DNA from: Gammaproteobacteria bacterium
Lineage (GTDB): Bacteria; Pseudomonadota; Gammaproteobacteria; Eutrophobiales; Eutrophobiaceae
DNA: 64,000 nt
Direction: 5' to 3'
Assembly (NCBI GenBank): GCA_965243205.1
Contig: CBDEUK010000002.1
Coordinates: forward strand, 1,472,001-1,536,000
Shown: piece after piece, positions 39,430-49,951 of the stretch
How the letters are laid out: each line of letters begins with the position of its first letter
Numbering within the stretch: the stretch's first letter is position 1
Program-made: the position numbers and the translations under genes
Notes under the pieces: generated by a model
Seen by the model: the letters and a program-made list of their open reading frames with translations, nothing else
Database searches by the model: none
Told to the model about the DNA's origin: nothing

Positions 39430-41220
39430 TTAATAAACATCTCTTACATATCGTTTAAGCTTTTTAAGCTCTGAAATATAAGCCTCAGCTTGAGTATCAT
39501 TCATATTGCCATGTTCTTTGACGATATTAAACAAAGCTTTATCAACATCTTTCGCCATATATAAAGCATCACCACAAACATAAAAGTATCCGCCACGTTG
39601 TAACCAGTTAAATAGCTCTGCACCGTTTTCCATCATGCGATCTTGTACATAGATTTTTTGTTCTTGATCACGAGAAAAGGCTAAGTCTAAACGCGTTAAA
39701 ACACCATCGGCTTGCATAGCTTCGATTTCATCTTGATACAGGTAATCAGTTTTACTATTACGATCACCAAAGAATAACCAATTATCACCTTTAGCATCAC
39801 GAGCTTGACGTTCTTCTAAGAATGCTCTGAAAGGAGCGATACCTGTACCTGGACCAACCATAATCATAGGCAGTTCATCATCGCTTGGTACTGCAAAATT
39901 TTTATTGGGTGAAAAATAACATTTTACCTTACTATTAAGGTCGGCAACGTCGGCTAGATATGTTGATGCAACACCATTATGTTCTCGATCATTTGAATTA
40001 TAACGAACACTACTCACAGTTAAATGCACTTCTTCTGGATGAGCATTGATACTTGATGAAATAGAGTACGCTCTTGGCGCTAAGCTTTTACAAAGATTAC
40101 AAAACTCTTCCGCATTTAAGTTCGCTGGGTATGTTTTTAATAAATCCACACAATCTTTGCCCCAAAGAAAATCATTTAAGGCTTCAGCATCATCATTTTC
40201 TAATAAACGATTAAGTTCTGCATCGCCATTACGCTTTGCTAATTCGTTTAGTAGTTCTTTAGAAGGTGTTCGAATTTCTAATTGCTCAGTCAGTAGCTCA
40301 CCTAATTTATAATTATCGCCTTTCCAATTAACACTATCATCGGCTTTTGCATTAATAAGTTCTAAAATTTCTTCTACCAAATCAGGACGATTAGTACTGA
40401 TGATGTTTAACGCATCACCTGCTTCATAACTTTCACCACTACCCGCCAAAGAAAATTCATAATGTAAAACTTCTTTGCTTGAACCCTCTTGGTTTAATAA
40501 TCGTTTTGTAATGAGTTCCGCTTCTAATGGATTCTTACGATTGTATTTAGATTTGGCTTTTTTCGGAGCAGAACTTGTCGTTGTTACTGGTGCGGTTACT
40601 TCTGAACCTTTTTCAGCAATGGTAGGAACCGCTTGATTAATCCATTCCTCTGCAGGAGTATCATAATCGATGTCGCAATCAATACGATCCGCTATACGAG
40701 TTGCTCCAAGTTTTTCTAAACGCTGATCCCATTCTTTACCCGCTAAACAAAAATCATCATAGTTAGTATCACCTAAGGCCAACACTGAAAAGAAAGTGTT
40801 TTCTAAACGTGGTGCACCATCTTCACTAATTGCATCCCATAAAGCTTGCGCGTTATCTGGCATTTCGCCTTCACCATAAGTACTGGTTACAACAAGCAAG
40901 CGTTCTATATTCGGTAAATCAGCGATATCAACATCATCCATATCGATAACATTTGGCGATAAGCCATTTTCTCTCGCGACTTCAGCGGCATCTTCTGCGA
41001 CACCTTCGGCATTACCAGTTTGTGTACCGTATAAAATAGTAATTGGTTTTTGCGCTTGTACTTCACCCGCTGATTGTGGTGATGCTAATAAACGTGTTTG
41101 AAGACCTGCAAGAAAACCACTTAGCCATTGTTTTTGATCATCATTAAACGGTAAGTCTGCAGGTAAATAGGAAACGGGGTTCGAATCGCCGTTAATATTA
41201 TTGTTTATATTTTTACTCAT
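39430..41220 (-). CDS. CysJ-like diflavin (FMN/FAD/NADPH) reductase
   Basis: YGTQTGNAE, TSTYGEGE, PRAYSISS, GPGTGIAPFR, FFGDR, YVCGDA, RDVY end. Confidence 0.9.
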   Translation of the reverse strand: MSKNINNNINGDSNPVSYLPADLPFNDDQKQWLSGFLAGLQTRLLASPQSAGEVQAQKPITILYGTQTGNAEGVAEDAAEVARENGLSPNVIDMDDVDIADLPNIERLLVVTSTYGEGEMPDNAQALWDAISEDGAPRLENTFFSVLALGDTNYDDFCLAGKEWDQRLEKLGATRIADRIDCDIDYDTPAEEWINQAVPTIAEKGSEVTAPVTTTSSAPKKAKSKYNRKNPLEAELITKRLLNQEGSSKEVLHYEFSLAGSGESYEAGDALNIISTNRPDLVEEILELINAKADDSVNWKGDNYKLGELLTEQLEIRTPSKELLNELAKRNGDAELNRLLENDDAEALNDFLWGKDCVDLLKTYPANLNAEEFCNLCKSLAPRAYSISSSINAHPEEVHLTVSSVRYNSNDREHNGVASTYLADVADLNSKVKCYFSPNKNFAVPSDDELPMIMVGPGTGIAPFRAFLEERQARDAKGDNWLFFGDRNSKTDYLYQDEIEAMQADGVLTRLDLAFSRDQEQKIYVQDRMMENGAELFNWLQRGGYFYVCGDALYMAKDVDKALFNIVKEHGNMNDTQAEAYISELKKLKRYVRDVY

Positions 41221-41263
41221 CCACTCTTTCTCAAACGCAACAGGTTATAGCCTGCTTTTATTA

Positions 41264-44200
41264 TTATGCAGCGCGGCCGACAACTTCGGCCAACAACTGA
41301 GTATATTGTCCCGCAAGCGCTTGTTCGAGCGAAGGATAGGACGCTAGTTCTTTTAAGTTATCGCGGTCACGAGCTATGATCCAAACCCCCGTTCCCCATG
41401 CGCGCATATCCCATACTTCACGCATGGCTAAGGATTCTTTGTAATCACGTACACGTTTATCCGCTAATAAAGATGCTAAGGCCTCATCACTGTAACTCGC
41501 TAAAGCTTCTTTAACATCTTTAAATAATTGTTCTAATAATTTACGGTCTTCAGTTTCAATTAGATGACGAGCCACTTCGTCTTTATCCACTAAACCGTTT
41601 TTCACTAAGTCTGACTTTTCAGAAACTTCCAATGCTCGACGTAATACACCCATCGCATTCACATACTGACAGACTAAATCACTTGAGCTTTCGCCATAAG
41701 CAGGTACTTGGCCTGAGAACATATGACGATTGTTTTTATAAGCTTCTGCAACACGACGTAAATGCCATAAGCCCCAACCATGTGATAACTCTTCTAACAA
41801 AGCTTTGCGATCAGATTTTTCTAAGATGGCGTCACTGCAATGATAGTTATATAAAGCTCGAGGAATTAATACATAGAAATGTTGACGGCTTTCATCCCAA
41901 TTTTCTAACAAGGATTTAGCTAATGGGGAACGTGTATGTTGAATGTGTCGTTCTAGATACATGCGCAATGCCATTTCTTGACCACGCATAAGCTCAGAAT
42001 CTTCATCCATCTTGGTTACTAATACAGAATCTTGGCTACAACGTTCTGCGATTAAGGCTTTTGGATCGTATTGATAAGCAACACCACCACTCATACCATT
42101 ACCAAAACCTTTACCATAGGAACCTAAATTAACAATGGCGCCATTGGTCATATATTCACAACAGAAATCGCCCACACCTTCAACAACTGAAACAGCACCT
42201 GAATTACGTACTCCAAAACGGTCGCCCGCCTGGCCTTGTACAAACAGTTCTCCACCTGTTGCACCAAATAATGCAAAGTTACCAACTAAAACATTGGCTT
42301 CGTCTTCGTCACTTCCGCCACCAGGGTTGGTAATAACAATACGGCCACCACTACAACCTTTACCGACACCGTCATTACATGTGCCTTTATGGTACAAACT
42401 AATACCTGAATTATTAAACGCACCAAAGCTTTGACCAGCAGAATTATGAGTATTCACCCGGATACTATCTTCTCGTAACACTAAACGACCGTTTTCTAAC
42501 ATATCAACAGCAGGATGATTTAAACGCTGTTCATCGCTCATGTTGTAGTTAAGATGACGCTCAATATCAATCGAGAACTGACCGCCAGTGGTTTTATTTT
42601 TATTGTTTAGACGTGGACCTTCAATTTCAATGTTATTTAATGATTGCTCAAAAAAACGTTTATACGCTTCTTCGACATACGCATCGTCAGGTTCAAAGTT
42701 CGCTTCTAGTGCAACTGCATTTGGTACATCCATAACATCAGGCATGCGTAACATAGCACTCATGTCTAATTGACCATTCATTGTTGGATGATTGATCAAA
42801 TGTAATAAATCACTACGTCCACGAATTTCGCATAAAGATGAGTAACCAATACTGGCTAGGATCTCACGTACTTCATGTGCAAGGTTGATGTAATACTGAG
42901 CTAAAGCACGGGGGTCGCCTTTATAGACTTCAGGATTTGTAGTTAAACCGGCAGGACACTTCACATTGCAGTTCTTTGCCATGACACACTTCAACATCAT
43001 TAATGATGTCGTACCGAATTCATATGAGTCACCACCTAACATGGCAGACTTTATTACATCGTATCCAGTTTGATGCGCGTTAGAACAACGTAAGATAACT
43101 TTTTCACGCAATCCATTTTCGGCTAAGGCTTTATGTACTTCTGCAATACCAATCTCTGCTGCACGACCTGAATTTTTCAAACTGGTGACTTGTGCAGCGC
43201 CCGTTCCACCTGTGCTACCTGCAATGTTAATCACATCAGCACCGGCTTTAGCCACACCCACAGCGATCGTTCCAACACCTTCAGATGAAACTAATTTAAC
43301 AATAACGCGAACACGCGCAGCTTTTGCATCATGGATTAACTGGCCTAAATCTTCGATTGAATAAGTATCATGATGAGGAGGTGGAGAAACTAACTCAACA
43401 CCTGGAGTACCACCACGAGCTGCTGCAATCTCAACATTAACTTTTGCCGATGGCAATTGACCACCTTCACCTGGCTTAGCACCTTGAGCAATTTTAATTT
43501 CGATTTCTTCTAGTTTTGGATCGGCTAAATATCCAACCCAAACACCAAATCGACCTGATGCAAATTGTTTAATCTTACTCGCACGAATGGTGTTATAGCG
43601 TTTTGAATTTTCACCACCCTCACCACAGTTACTCATCGCACCAACAATATTAGTGCCTTGAGCTACTGCTTCATGTGCTTTCGCAACTAAAGCACCATGA
43701 CTCATCGCACCTGAAGCAAATGTTTTAGTAATTTCATGCGCGGGTTGAATAACATCGATAGATAAGGCATCAGGTACTTGAATAATATTTTGTAGAAAGG
43801 CTGCTGCTGTTCCTTGCGCAGTCACAGAAAGCTTTGAGCCATCAACTTTGATATTAGTTATTTCAGAACCAAAAAGCTTTGATAAAGCATCACTGAATGC
43901 TTTAGTGCGTGATTCTTGAGAATCCGATAACTCTAAAAGAAAAGAATCAGAATTCTTTGTAACGTTTAGACCTTGAATTGCGTACGAAATATTTCCTTGT
44001 AAAGAAACACCGTTTAATTTTTCAGTAAATTCTTCAACATTATTACAACCATTCAAAGAGATCGGTAACGATAAAACATCGCGCAAAGTAGATGGTCTTA
44101 AATCACGTTCAGCATAGATTTCTTTTATGAACTGACGATAGGCCGGAGTAACAGTAAAGTTATCGATTTGATCTGGCGTGCATGCTTCATAACCCATCTT

Positions 44201-46684
44201 ACGATAACCAATATCTTGTGGTATGCGTAGTGGATGTTCAGCTTCAGGATTTTCTGCGTATTCGATTTGCTCTTCGGTCATATGAGTGAATTCGCGTACG
44301 GCTACAGTACCGAAGGTATGACCTGCACCATCTGAACGTTCTTTAAATAAACCTAATAAAGGAATATCACTTTCGCTTTGGATTACTAAGGCTTTTTGAT
44401 GCCAGTCAGCCGCACTTTTAGCAATATCAGAAAAACGTGAACCACCAACTGGCGAATTAATGTTTGGCAATATCTTTTTAAGTATGGGTTCTTCGGTATC
44501 GATAAAATTGCCTTCAAAGAATTCACCGCCGATATAGCTTTCAGCTGTACAAAGGCCAAATTTACCCATCGTTTTCATTAAGGCTTTTTCTACTGCTTTT
44601 TGAAAATTATCTAATCCTTTTTGAACAGTTTCAGCCTCGTTATATAATTCTAACGCGCGATAGTAAACCGTTAACGGACAAACGGCAGATGCACCAAAAC
44701 CAATTATACAAGCTATATCATGTGTACTCGATGCTTGTCCTGTCTCACAAATCAAACTAGAGTAAAATCTTAACCCTTGTTTGATCAAACGTTGATTAGC
44801 TGCAGAAGTGACTAATATAGCAGGTAATGCAGCAAGCTCTTCAGATACGTTCTTATCGCTTAAAACAATAACGCCATGACCATCACGAGAAAGTTGTTCT
44901 ACTTTGTCACAAACCGTTTCTACTGCGTTTAATAAACTTTCTTCGTTAAGCTTACTATTATTAAAATCAGGCTTATAAAGAATATCAACTGTTGCTACAT
45001 TTAATATATTTTGTTTATAAATTTGCAGTAACTGTTGTGGTTGTATAATAGGTGATGGGATAACTAACTGACGAGTTGAGCCATCACTGAAATTTGGTTT
45101 GCGACCTAAAGAGACACGTAAAGTCATGCCATCCGCTTCACGAATACTATCCAAAGGTGGGTTAGTCACTTGTGCAAATCGTTGGCTAAAATAACGCGAC
45201 ATACCACCTTCATCTTCAGTCAATGCATTCGGTGCTATGCCATAACCCATTGCAGAAATCTTTTCCGCGCCGTTTTGTAGCATTGGATCGAGCATGAATT
45301 TAAAACTTTCTTGATTCATGCTGTATGCAACATGGCGTGCGGCAGAATTAAAATTAGAAACTTCTTCAACCTCAGTGAGTTCAGCGTTAGGTAAATCAGC
45401 AAGATCTATATGAGCATCTTTTAACAGCTGACTATAATCTTTTTCTTTTGCTAAACGTTCTAATGTATCGTTGGTATATTCAACTTGTTTTCGAGCATGA
45501 TCGAATATCACCATACCACCAGCTTCAATACGACCACGACGGAGAATGCTCTCAGGTGGAAAATCTATTTGGCCAGCTTCACTCATTACTGCTAAGTATT
45601 CATTGGTTTCGACACTACGTAATGGTCGTAATCCTAATCGATCCAAACGAGCGCCCACTATGACACCATCACTGAAAATTATCGCAGCAGGACCATCATT
45701 CTTCTCTTCTGAAAGACTGAAATATTCCAACATGTCACGAACATCATCGGTAATACGCAAATCATTTTCCCATGCAGGTGGCATCATCATTAATGCAGCA
45801 GCATCAATTTGTAACTCATCTTCGACGACTCGACGCGCCATAGTCTGATCCAAACGTGCTGAATCTGATTGGCCTTTTGGAAAAATCACACGCTTATCAT
45901 GTGAACGAGCGATTGCGTCTTCGCTTAAACGGTTTTTACGATCAGTATTTAATTCGCCATTATGTGCAAGCCTTCTAAAAGGTTGTGCAAACATAGGATT
46001 TGGAGCGGTATTGGTCGAAAAGCGAGTATGAAAAAATAAAGTATGAATTTTATGTTCAGGATTATTCAAGTCTTGGAAATAGGGTACGACTTCCCAACTA
46101 TTGAGTTGGCCCTTTAATACCTGTGTACGAGAACTCATAGATAAAGGATAAAAACCATCAAGCTCTGGCTGAGTAAACGCAGGTTTTTCAATTTCTTCTA
46201 CTGCATTATGCAGCAACATTTCAAAATCGTTTTGATGAGAAACAGAATTTGGCTTTGCAAAAATAACTTGATGAATGACTAATTGAGCGGCCGCGCTTTT
46301 TTCATTGAGGGCATCAGGATTAACTTCTACATCTCGCCATAAGATTATTTCTAAATCGTATTTTTCAAAGACTTCACGGATAATTCTTTCAGCGACTTTA
46401 TGTTGAGCTTTATCGCGTGGATAGAAAAAGTTAGCGACACCAAACTCACCAAGCTCTAATGTACCATCGTCTGTAAGATGACGGAAAAAATTCAAAGACA
46501 GATCAACATTAACACCCGCACCATCGCCGATACCTTCAGCACTGAACCCTCCACGATGAGGAATTTTGCACAAAGCTTGATGCACGTGCTCTAAAAGCTC
46601 ATGGGTTTGTTTACTTTGTTTGTGGGTAATAAAGCCAACGCCACAACTTGAGTAATCTAAATCTGGGTCAAATAACTGTCTCAT
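41264..46684 (-). CDS. gltB: Glutamate synthase large subunit homolog (divergent, extended)
   Basis: CGVGF, HTRFSTNT, AHNGELNT, FAQVTNPP, ASGRFGV, GAKPGEGGQLP, SPPPHHD, GXGXG domain (AGDRFGVRNSG, CEYMTNG). Confidence 0.85.
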   Translation of the reverse strand: MRQLFDPDLDYSSCGVGFITHKQSKQTHELLEHVHQALCKIPHRGGFSAEGIGDGAGVNVDLSLNFFRHLTDDGTLELGEFGVANFFYPRDKAQHKVAERIIREVFEKYDLEIILWRDVEVNPDALNEKSAAAQLVIHQVIFAKPNSVSHQNDFEMLLHNAVEEIEKPAFTQPELDGFYPLSMSSRTQVLKGQLNSWEVVPYFQDLNNPEHKIHTLFFHTRFSTNTAPNPMFAQPFRRLAHNGELNTDRKNRLSEDAIARSHDKRVIFPKGQSDSARLDQTMARRVVEDELQIDAAALMMMPPAWENDLRITDDVRDMLEYFSLSEEKNDGPAAIIFSDGVIVGARLDRLGLRPLRSVETNEYLAVMSEAGQIDFPPESILRRGRIEAGGMVIFDHARKQVEYTNDTLERLAKEKDYSQLLKDAHIDLADLPNAELTEVEEVSNFNSAARHVAYSMNQESFKFMLDPMLQNGAEKISAMGYGIAPNALTEDEGGMSRYFSQRFAQVTNPPLDSIREADGMTLRVSLGRKPNFSDGSTRQLVIPSPIIQPQQLLQIYKQNILNVATVDILYKPDFNNSKLNEESLLNAVETVCDKVEQLSRDGHGVIVLSDKNVSEELAALPAILVTSAANQRLIKQGLRFYSSLICETGQASSTHDIACIIGFGASAVCPLTVYYRALELYNEAETVQKGLDNFQKAVEKALMKTMGKFGLCTAESYIGGEFFEGNFIDTEEPILKKILPNINSPVGGSRFSDIAKSAADWHQKALVIQSESDIPLLGLFKERSDGAGHTFGTVAVREFTHMTEEQIEYAENPEAEHPLRIPQDIGYRKMGYEACTPDQIDNFTVTPAYRQFIKEIYAERDLRPSTLRDVLSLPISLNGCNNVEEFTEKLNGVSLQGNISYAIQGLNVTKNSDSFLLELSDSQESRTKAFSDALSKLFGSEITNIKVDGSKLSVTAQGTAAAFLQNIIQVPDALSIDVIQPAHEITKTFASGAMSHGALVAKAHEAVAQGTNIVGAMSNCGEGGENSKRYNTIRASKIKQFASGRFGVWVGYLADPKLEEIEIKIAQGAKPGEGGQLPSAKVNVEIAAARGGTPGVELVSPPPHHDTYSIEDLGQLIHDAKAARVRVIVKLVSSEGVGTIAVGVAKAGADVINIAGSTGGTGAAQVTSLKNSGRAAEIGIAEVHKALAENGLREKVILRCSNAHQTGYDVIKSAMLGGDSYEFGTTSLMMLKCVMAKNCNVKCPAGLTTNPEVYKGDPRALAQYYINLAHEVREILASIGYSSLCEIRGRSDLLHLINHPTMNGQLDMSAMLRMPDVMDVPNAVALEANFEPDDAYVEEAYKRFFEQSLNNIEIEGPRLNNKNKTTGGQFSIDIERHLNYNMSDEQRLNHPAVDMLENGRLVLREDSIRVNTHNSAGQSFGAFNNSGISLYHKGTCNDGVGKGCSGGRIVITNPGGGSDEDEANVLVGNFALFGATGGELFVQGQAGDRFGVRNSGAVSVVEGVGDFCCEYMTNGAIVNLGSYGKGFGNGMSGGVAYQYDPKALIAERCSQDSVLVTKMDEDSELMRGQEMALRMYLERHIQHTRSPLAKSLLENWDESRQHFYVLIPRALYNYHCSDAILEKSDRKALLEELSHGWGLWHLRRVAEAYKNNRHMFSGQVPAYGESSSDLVCQYVNAMGVLRRALEVSEKSDLVKNGLVDKDEVARHLIETEDRKLLEQLFKDVKEALASYSDEALASLLADKRVRDYKESLAMREVWDMRAWGTGVWIIARDRDNLKELASYPSLEQALAGQYTQLLAEVVGRAA

Positions 46685-46853
46685 TCGCTGTCTACATCTG
46701 TCTTTTAGGAGTACCAGTCAAAATTCATGCCCTGATTTTGAGGCTAGCATCCCTTATAGCTACTTGTTGTAACTCTCTCGTTGGAATGGAAAAACTTAAG
46801 ATTGCCGAACTGAACAGGCAAACCGATAACAACCCGAGCCACACTAATAGCTA

Positions 46854-46866
46854 TAACTTATTGATT
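46854..46866 (-). promoter_or_regulatory. Putative IHF site upstream of gltB
   Basis: AATCAATAAGTTA on the minus strand matches WATCAANNNNTTR. Confidence 0.4.
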
Positions 46867-47070
46867 TTAATAATAATTATTTTCCACTAATAAAAGTGGG
46901 CCGACGATTATAATCAATCTTGGTATCTGTTGTCACTGAGTATAGCACAGTAATTGTTGCAACGAACAAAACTGATTATTCTGATTAAGACAATTAGCAT
47001 CTATTTTATAGATTTTTGTAGAATTTAAGAGAAGTTAAAAGAAGATAAGCATATTCGTTTTTCATGCATT

Positions 47071-48783
47071 TCAACGAAGATCTCGTTGTATAGTCTCTAT
47101 TTTTCTTGGCCACGGTTTAAGTTCACGCAAAACGGAGGGTAAAGAAGGGATTGCCGCTACGGCTTGGTCACGATTAGTATATTTACCATAGACCAAAACG
47201 TACCAGATTTTATTTTGATTCACGGTAGTAAATTTTGCGATTTGCTGCTTGTTACTAATATTTTTTGCAATGAATTTATTCATCGCCTCATCATCATAGG
47301 CTCCCATCAATTGCAATACATAATGATTTGGAGATTGTTGTTTTAACCAATCAGCCCCTCTGATTGTTTGATTTCCACCGCTAGACACTTTCACTTCAAT
47401 AGGCTGAGGTTTTGTTGGCTTAACTTCTGGAAGTGAAGATTGTTCTGACTCTACTTCTGAGATAATTTTTTTCTCAAATGATTCTGATGAAACGATTTCT
47501 TTTTCAGTTGGCTTATTAATTGGGTCAAGCTGGTTAGGTAATATTTCTTGTATAAATTGATCGTTTTTATCTGATTCTTTATTTTCTTTGTTTACTACCT
47601 GTTCTTCTGGCTTTATTTCTTTTAAACCAGTTGTTTTATTTTCACTCTCTACTTGTTTTTCGACCTGAGCTTCTTCATCTATTTCAGTTTCACCAGGATC
47701 TTTATCGGCTACTTTATTATCTGTCTCATAAATAATTTCTCCTTCTTTATTTAATAAAACTATCTCTGGCTCTTCTGTTATTTGTGATATGTCTTTTTGC
47801 AAATCAGTTGGATTTTCCTTTTCTATATCATCTTCTTTACTTTCTACTGAATATTCTTCTGGTGTGTCTTGATTAGGCAATGAAATCTCTTTTGTTTGCA
47901 ACTTACTTTCATTTTCATCAACTTCTGTTTCTAATATATAAAGAACAAAAACAGAGACCAGGACTAACGCTATAGGCAGGGTAATCTTTGGATTTAATGC
48001 ATAAGTATAAAGCTGTTCGAACCAACTTGTTGAATTTGTTTTTATTGCAGGATCTTGTAAAGCCTTACTTGCCAAATCATTAATTAAACCAGGCAAACCA
48101 TTCGACGCTTTGTGAATACCTTTAATTTGTTTTTCACTGATTACTTGTTCACCTTGATAACCTGAAGTCATTAATCTATGTGCTATATACATTGAAACTT
48201 GATCTTCGTCATACAATGGCATTTCAAGCGTGTGAATAAATCCAAGGTTTCGATGATTAATTAATTGTGCAATATTCGTTTCGGAAAATAAAACAACATG
48301 TAATGCAGGTTTATTATTTTTTGTAATTGCCAGTTCAAATAATAATTTTAAAATTTCAATCGATAAATAATGTGCGTCATCAATAAATAAGACAGGGATA
48401 TAACCTTTTATTTGCATTTCTTCAAAAGCATCATGTAATACTGATACTTTACTTGCATAAGATTCCAATTCACGATATTCAAGTTGTTGATCAATAAATA
48501 TTTGTTTAAAAAAATCATCAACTGTATTGATATCATTAAACGATAAACGACAAAGATGCCATTTCTCATCTCGTGTTGATACAAGATGAGAAAGTAATGT
48601 TGTTTTACCCGCACCTTCTTCACCGAGAAGAACTATAATACGATCACTGAATTCTATTAGATGCTTAATTAACTCGATACGATGTTCAAGTTCAGGTATT
48701 TCAAAAAACTCCTTTTGATCATTCACATCAGAAAAAGGATTTTTTTCTAAACCATAATGATTGAAATATTGATCGTCAGCCAC
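47071..48783 (-). CDS. DamX-like protein: ExeA-type AAA domain, TM, acidic linker, SPOR domain
   Basis: GEEGAGKTT, FIDDAH, HYVLQLMG...WYVLVYG.Y...PWPR; position after aroB-dgt. Confidence 0.8.
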   Translation of the reverse strand: MADDQYFNHYGLEKNPFSDVNDQKEFFEIPELEHRIELIKHLIEFSDRIIVLLGEEGAGKTTLLSHLVSTRDEKWHLCRLSFNDINTVDDFFKQIFIDQQLEYRELESYASKVSVLHDAFEEMQIKGYIPVLFIDDAHYLSIEILKLLFELAITKNNKPALHVVLFSETNIAQLINHRNLGFIHTLEMPLYDEDQVSMYIAHRLMTSGYQGEQVISEKQIKGIHKASNGLPGLINDLASKALQDPAIKTNSTSWFEQLYTYALNPKITLPIALVLVSVFVLYILETEVDENESKLQTKEISLPNQDTPEEYSVESKEDDIEKENPTDLQKDISQITEEPEIVLLNKEGEIIYETDNKVADKDPGETEIDEEAQVEKQVESENKTTGLKEIKPEEQVVNKENKESDKNDQFIQEILPNQLDPINKPTEKEIVSSESFEKKIISEVESEQSSLPEVKPTKPQPIEVKVSSGGNQTIRGADWLKQQSPNHYVLQLMGAYDDEAMNKFIAKNISNKQQIAKFTTVNQNKIWYVLVYGKYTNRDQAVAAIPSLPSVLRELKPWPRKIETIQRDLR

Positions 48784-48787
48784 GTTT

Positions 48788-49927
48788 CTATTTTGTCGAT
48801 ATCAAAGGGTTCTCAATACGTTCATATTCTGCTATTGCATAACGATCTGTCATGCCTGCTATATAATCTGCAATTGTTTTATATTTATCAGCTTCGTTAG
48901 TTTTTATATAAGCTTGTAACTCATTTGGCAATAGGCTTACATCTGTATCAAACACATTAAATAACGTAGTAATAATTTTCTGAGCTTTATGTGTCATACG
49001 ATTAACCAGGTAATGTTGATACATATTTTTTCGGAGAAACTGTTTTAATTGTATATTTAGTTTTTTTGTTTCATCAGATAACGTTACTAATTTAGTGCCA
49101 TGCAATCGAACATCATCGATAGAATTTGGTGATATCGCTTGAATATTTTGTTGGGTTGTATTGATTAAGTCAGAAACTAACAGATTAATCATTCTACGAA
49201 TAACTTCATGAGTCAGTTGTCGTTTAGATAGTTCTGACCACTTATCAGTTACCATCTGATATTGTGTATCAAATAACTCACATTGTTTTAACATCGATAT
49301 GTCCAATAAACCTGCTCTTAACCCATCATCTATATCATGATTATTGTAGGCTATTTCATCTGCAATGTTAGCAATTTGTGCTTCTAAACTTGGCTGAGTC
49401 CCTTCTAGAAAACGTTCACCTAATTCGCCTAATTCACGTGCATTTTTTTTAGAGCAGTGTTTTAAAATACCTTCTCGTGTTTCGAACGTTAAGTTTAAAC
49501 CAGGAAATTCGGCGTATTTTTCTTCTAAAACATCAACCACTCTTAATGATTGAAGATTATGTTCAAAACCACCATGGTCTTTCATGCATTGATTTAAAGC
49601 GTCTTGCCCCGCATGACCAAAAGGTGTATGGCCTAAATCATGTGCTAAACAGATAGCTTCCGTTAAATCTTCATTGATATTCAATGCTCGTGCAATGCTT
49701 CGGCCAATTTGAGCAACTTCGATTGAATGAGTTAAGCGAGTACGAAACATATCGCCTTCATGATTGACAAAAACTTGTGTTTTGTATTCTAAACGACGGA
49801 ACGCAGCGCTATGAACTATGCGATCTCTATCGCGCTGAAATTCACTACGAAACCCGGGTTTACTCTCTTTATGTAACCGACCTTTGGAGTTAGATTCACT
49901 GGCAGCATAAAGAGACAGATCACTCAT
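48788..49927 (-). CDS. dgt: dGTP triphosphohydrolase-like protein
   Basis: [34 protein letters not shown]. Confidence 0.93.
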   Translation of the reverse strand: MSDLSLYAASESNSKGRLHKESKPGFRSEFQRDRDRIVHSAAFRRLEYKTQVFVNHEGDMFRTRLTHSIEVAQIGRSIARALNINEDLTEAICLAHDLGHTPFGHAGQDALNQCMKDHGGFEHNLQSLRVVDVLEEKYAEFPGLNLTFETREGILKHCSKKNARELGELGERFLEGTQPSLEAQIANIADEIAYNNHDIDDGLRAGLLDISMLKQCELFDTQYQMVTDKWSELSKRQLTHEVIRRMINLLVSDLINTTQQNIQAISPNSIDDVRLHGTKLVTLSDETKKLNIQLKQFLRKNMYQHYLVNRMTHKAQKIITTLFNVFDTDVSLLPNELQAYIKTNEADKYKTIADYIAGMTDRYAIAEYERIENPLISTK

Positions 49928-49951
49928 TTATCACACCAAAACTTAATAAAC

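Noticed and set aside
46828-46842. TGGCTCG as a possible sigma54 -24 element on the minus strand
   Set aside because: No GC at the -12 position
46648-46890. 80-aa plus-strand ORF upstream of gltB
   Set aside because: TTG start, overlaps the gltB start antisense, no motif; the region is better explained as promoter/leader
47400-47930. Glu/Lys-rich low-complexity stretch
   Set aside because: Ordinary disordered linker of a DamX-like protein, not a DNA repeat
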